Both the position numbers and the translations under genes were made by a program. 64,000 bases of DNA from Candidatus Sulfobium sp. (GTDB taxonomy: Bacteria; Nitrospirota; Thermodesulfovibrionia; Thermodesulfovibrionales; UBA6898): contig JARRRI010000015.1 in assembly GCA_037380845.1 (NCBI GenBank), positions 1-64,000 of the forward strand, written 5' to 3'. Below the pieces are notes generated by a model, which was not told where the DNA came from, ran no database searches, and was given only the letters and a program-made list of their open reading frames with translations. Shown piece by piece: positions 63,127-64,000 of this stretch. Position 1 is the first letter of the stretch. The number at the start of each line of letters is the position of its first letter.

Positions 63127-63508
63127 ATTATGTGCCATGCTCCAGCCTGTCTCCAGGGACTTTCGATGTCCCGGAACTGAACCATAATAATGATGATTAT
63201 AAATGGAAATCGATAAATAAGCAGACAACTAACCTTAGCGGAGGTCGTCTGTTTACCGCCGTATTAAGAAGTTTTAATTTGACGCGCCCTGAATTTTCTG
63301 AGAGGATGGTAGTAAGAGGCTTATCAGATTCAAGAATGTTTCTTGAATGTGTTGACACGACGGCGATTTCTGGGGGCTTCTGAAATAGAGACCGTCGAGG
63401 CCTTATGGGTGGCAGAGAGGATTTCTGGATAAATTGCATGAACTGGGCTCGGGGTCCGCGAAAGGAAAATCACATAAGAATTATCAGGAATGCCTGCTGA
63501 AGTGCGAT

Positions 63509-64000
63509 ATGAAGCATAAATTGATCATCCTCCATCTTGAGGACAATAAGGACGACTCTGAACTCGTTCGAAGAGAACTCCTCAGGGAATCGCTAGAATG
63601 TGATCTGGTGCGTGTTGAAACGCAAGAAGACTTTGCGGCTGCGCTCGAAAAAGGCGGGTTTGATCTCATCGTAGCGGATTATGCTCTTTATTCCTTCGAC
63701 GGTCTTTCCGCATTGTACATGGCGAAGCAAAAGTGCCCGGGACTACCGTTCATTTTTTTGTCTGGCGCCATCGGGGAAGAATTTGCAATAGAAACAATAA
63801 AGAAAGGCGCCACGGACTATGTCCTTAAAAATAGCCTCTCGCGGCTTCCTGTTGCAATACGTCGGGCATTGCTCGAACTTGAAGAACATACTAAACTCAG
63901 GCAGGCGGAAGAAGAATTGGAGAAATACAGGAAACACCTGGAAAACATGGTAAAGGAACGTACTAACGAGTTGAACAAATCAAAAGAACGACTTCAACTT
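63509..64000 (+). CDS. Receiver-domain signalling protein (N-terminal part; runs off window)
   Basis: Manual translation MKHKLIILHLEDNKDD...IVADY...FLSG...GATDYVLK, then coiled coil. Confidence 0.85.
   Translation, partial: MKHKLIILHLEDNKDDSELVRRELLRESLECDLVRVETQEDFAAALEKGGFDLIVADYALYSFDGLSALYMAKQKCPGLPFIFLSGAIGEEFAIETIKKGATDYVLKNSLSRLPVAIRRALLELEEHTKLRQAEEELEKYRKHLENMVKERTNELNKSKERLQL

Overview
GC-rich (roughly 55%) diderm bacterial chromosome segment. Gene content and order suggest Nitrospirota (Thermodesulfovibrionia-like) or a related anaerobe, which is an inference. The first ~34 kb is mostly housekeeping (der, mfd, rfaE2, rseP-dxr, cdsA-uppS, proB, an RpoD-like sigma, lpxL-like acyltransferase, Lon-like protease, ilvC-psd-pssA-leuA), interspersed with intact and decaying HD-GYP and two-component genes. 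The rest is accessory: cytochrome c peroxidase, a sigma54-type promoter driving a stand-alone NifA-like HTH plus amtB, ion transporters, and a B12-radical SAM plus type III PKS pair whose PKS lacks its catalytic Asn segment. Two systems stand out. (1) 49.8-54.0 kb: a porin-cytochrome cluster in which a monoheme class I cytochrome c is fused to a predicted beta-barrel, followed by two pentaheme cytochromes and flanked by two blue-copper proteins. (2) A phosphate (Pho) regulon readable from 11-bp-phased direct repeats upstream of a porin, pstS, phoB, a PHP phosphoesterase-GT21 glycolipid synthase operon and an array of Cys-rich microproteins (three share CX9-10CX17CX7C; one is broken by a 28-bp tandem duplication). 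No rRNA, tRNA, CRISPR array or transposase was seen. All family calls come from motif recognition, not database searches.
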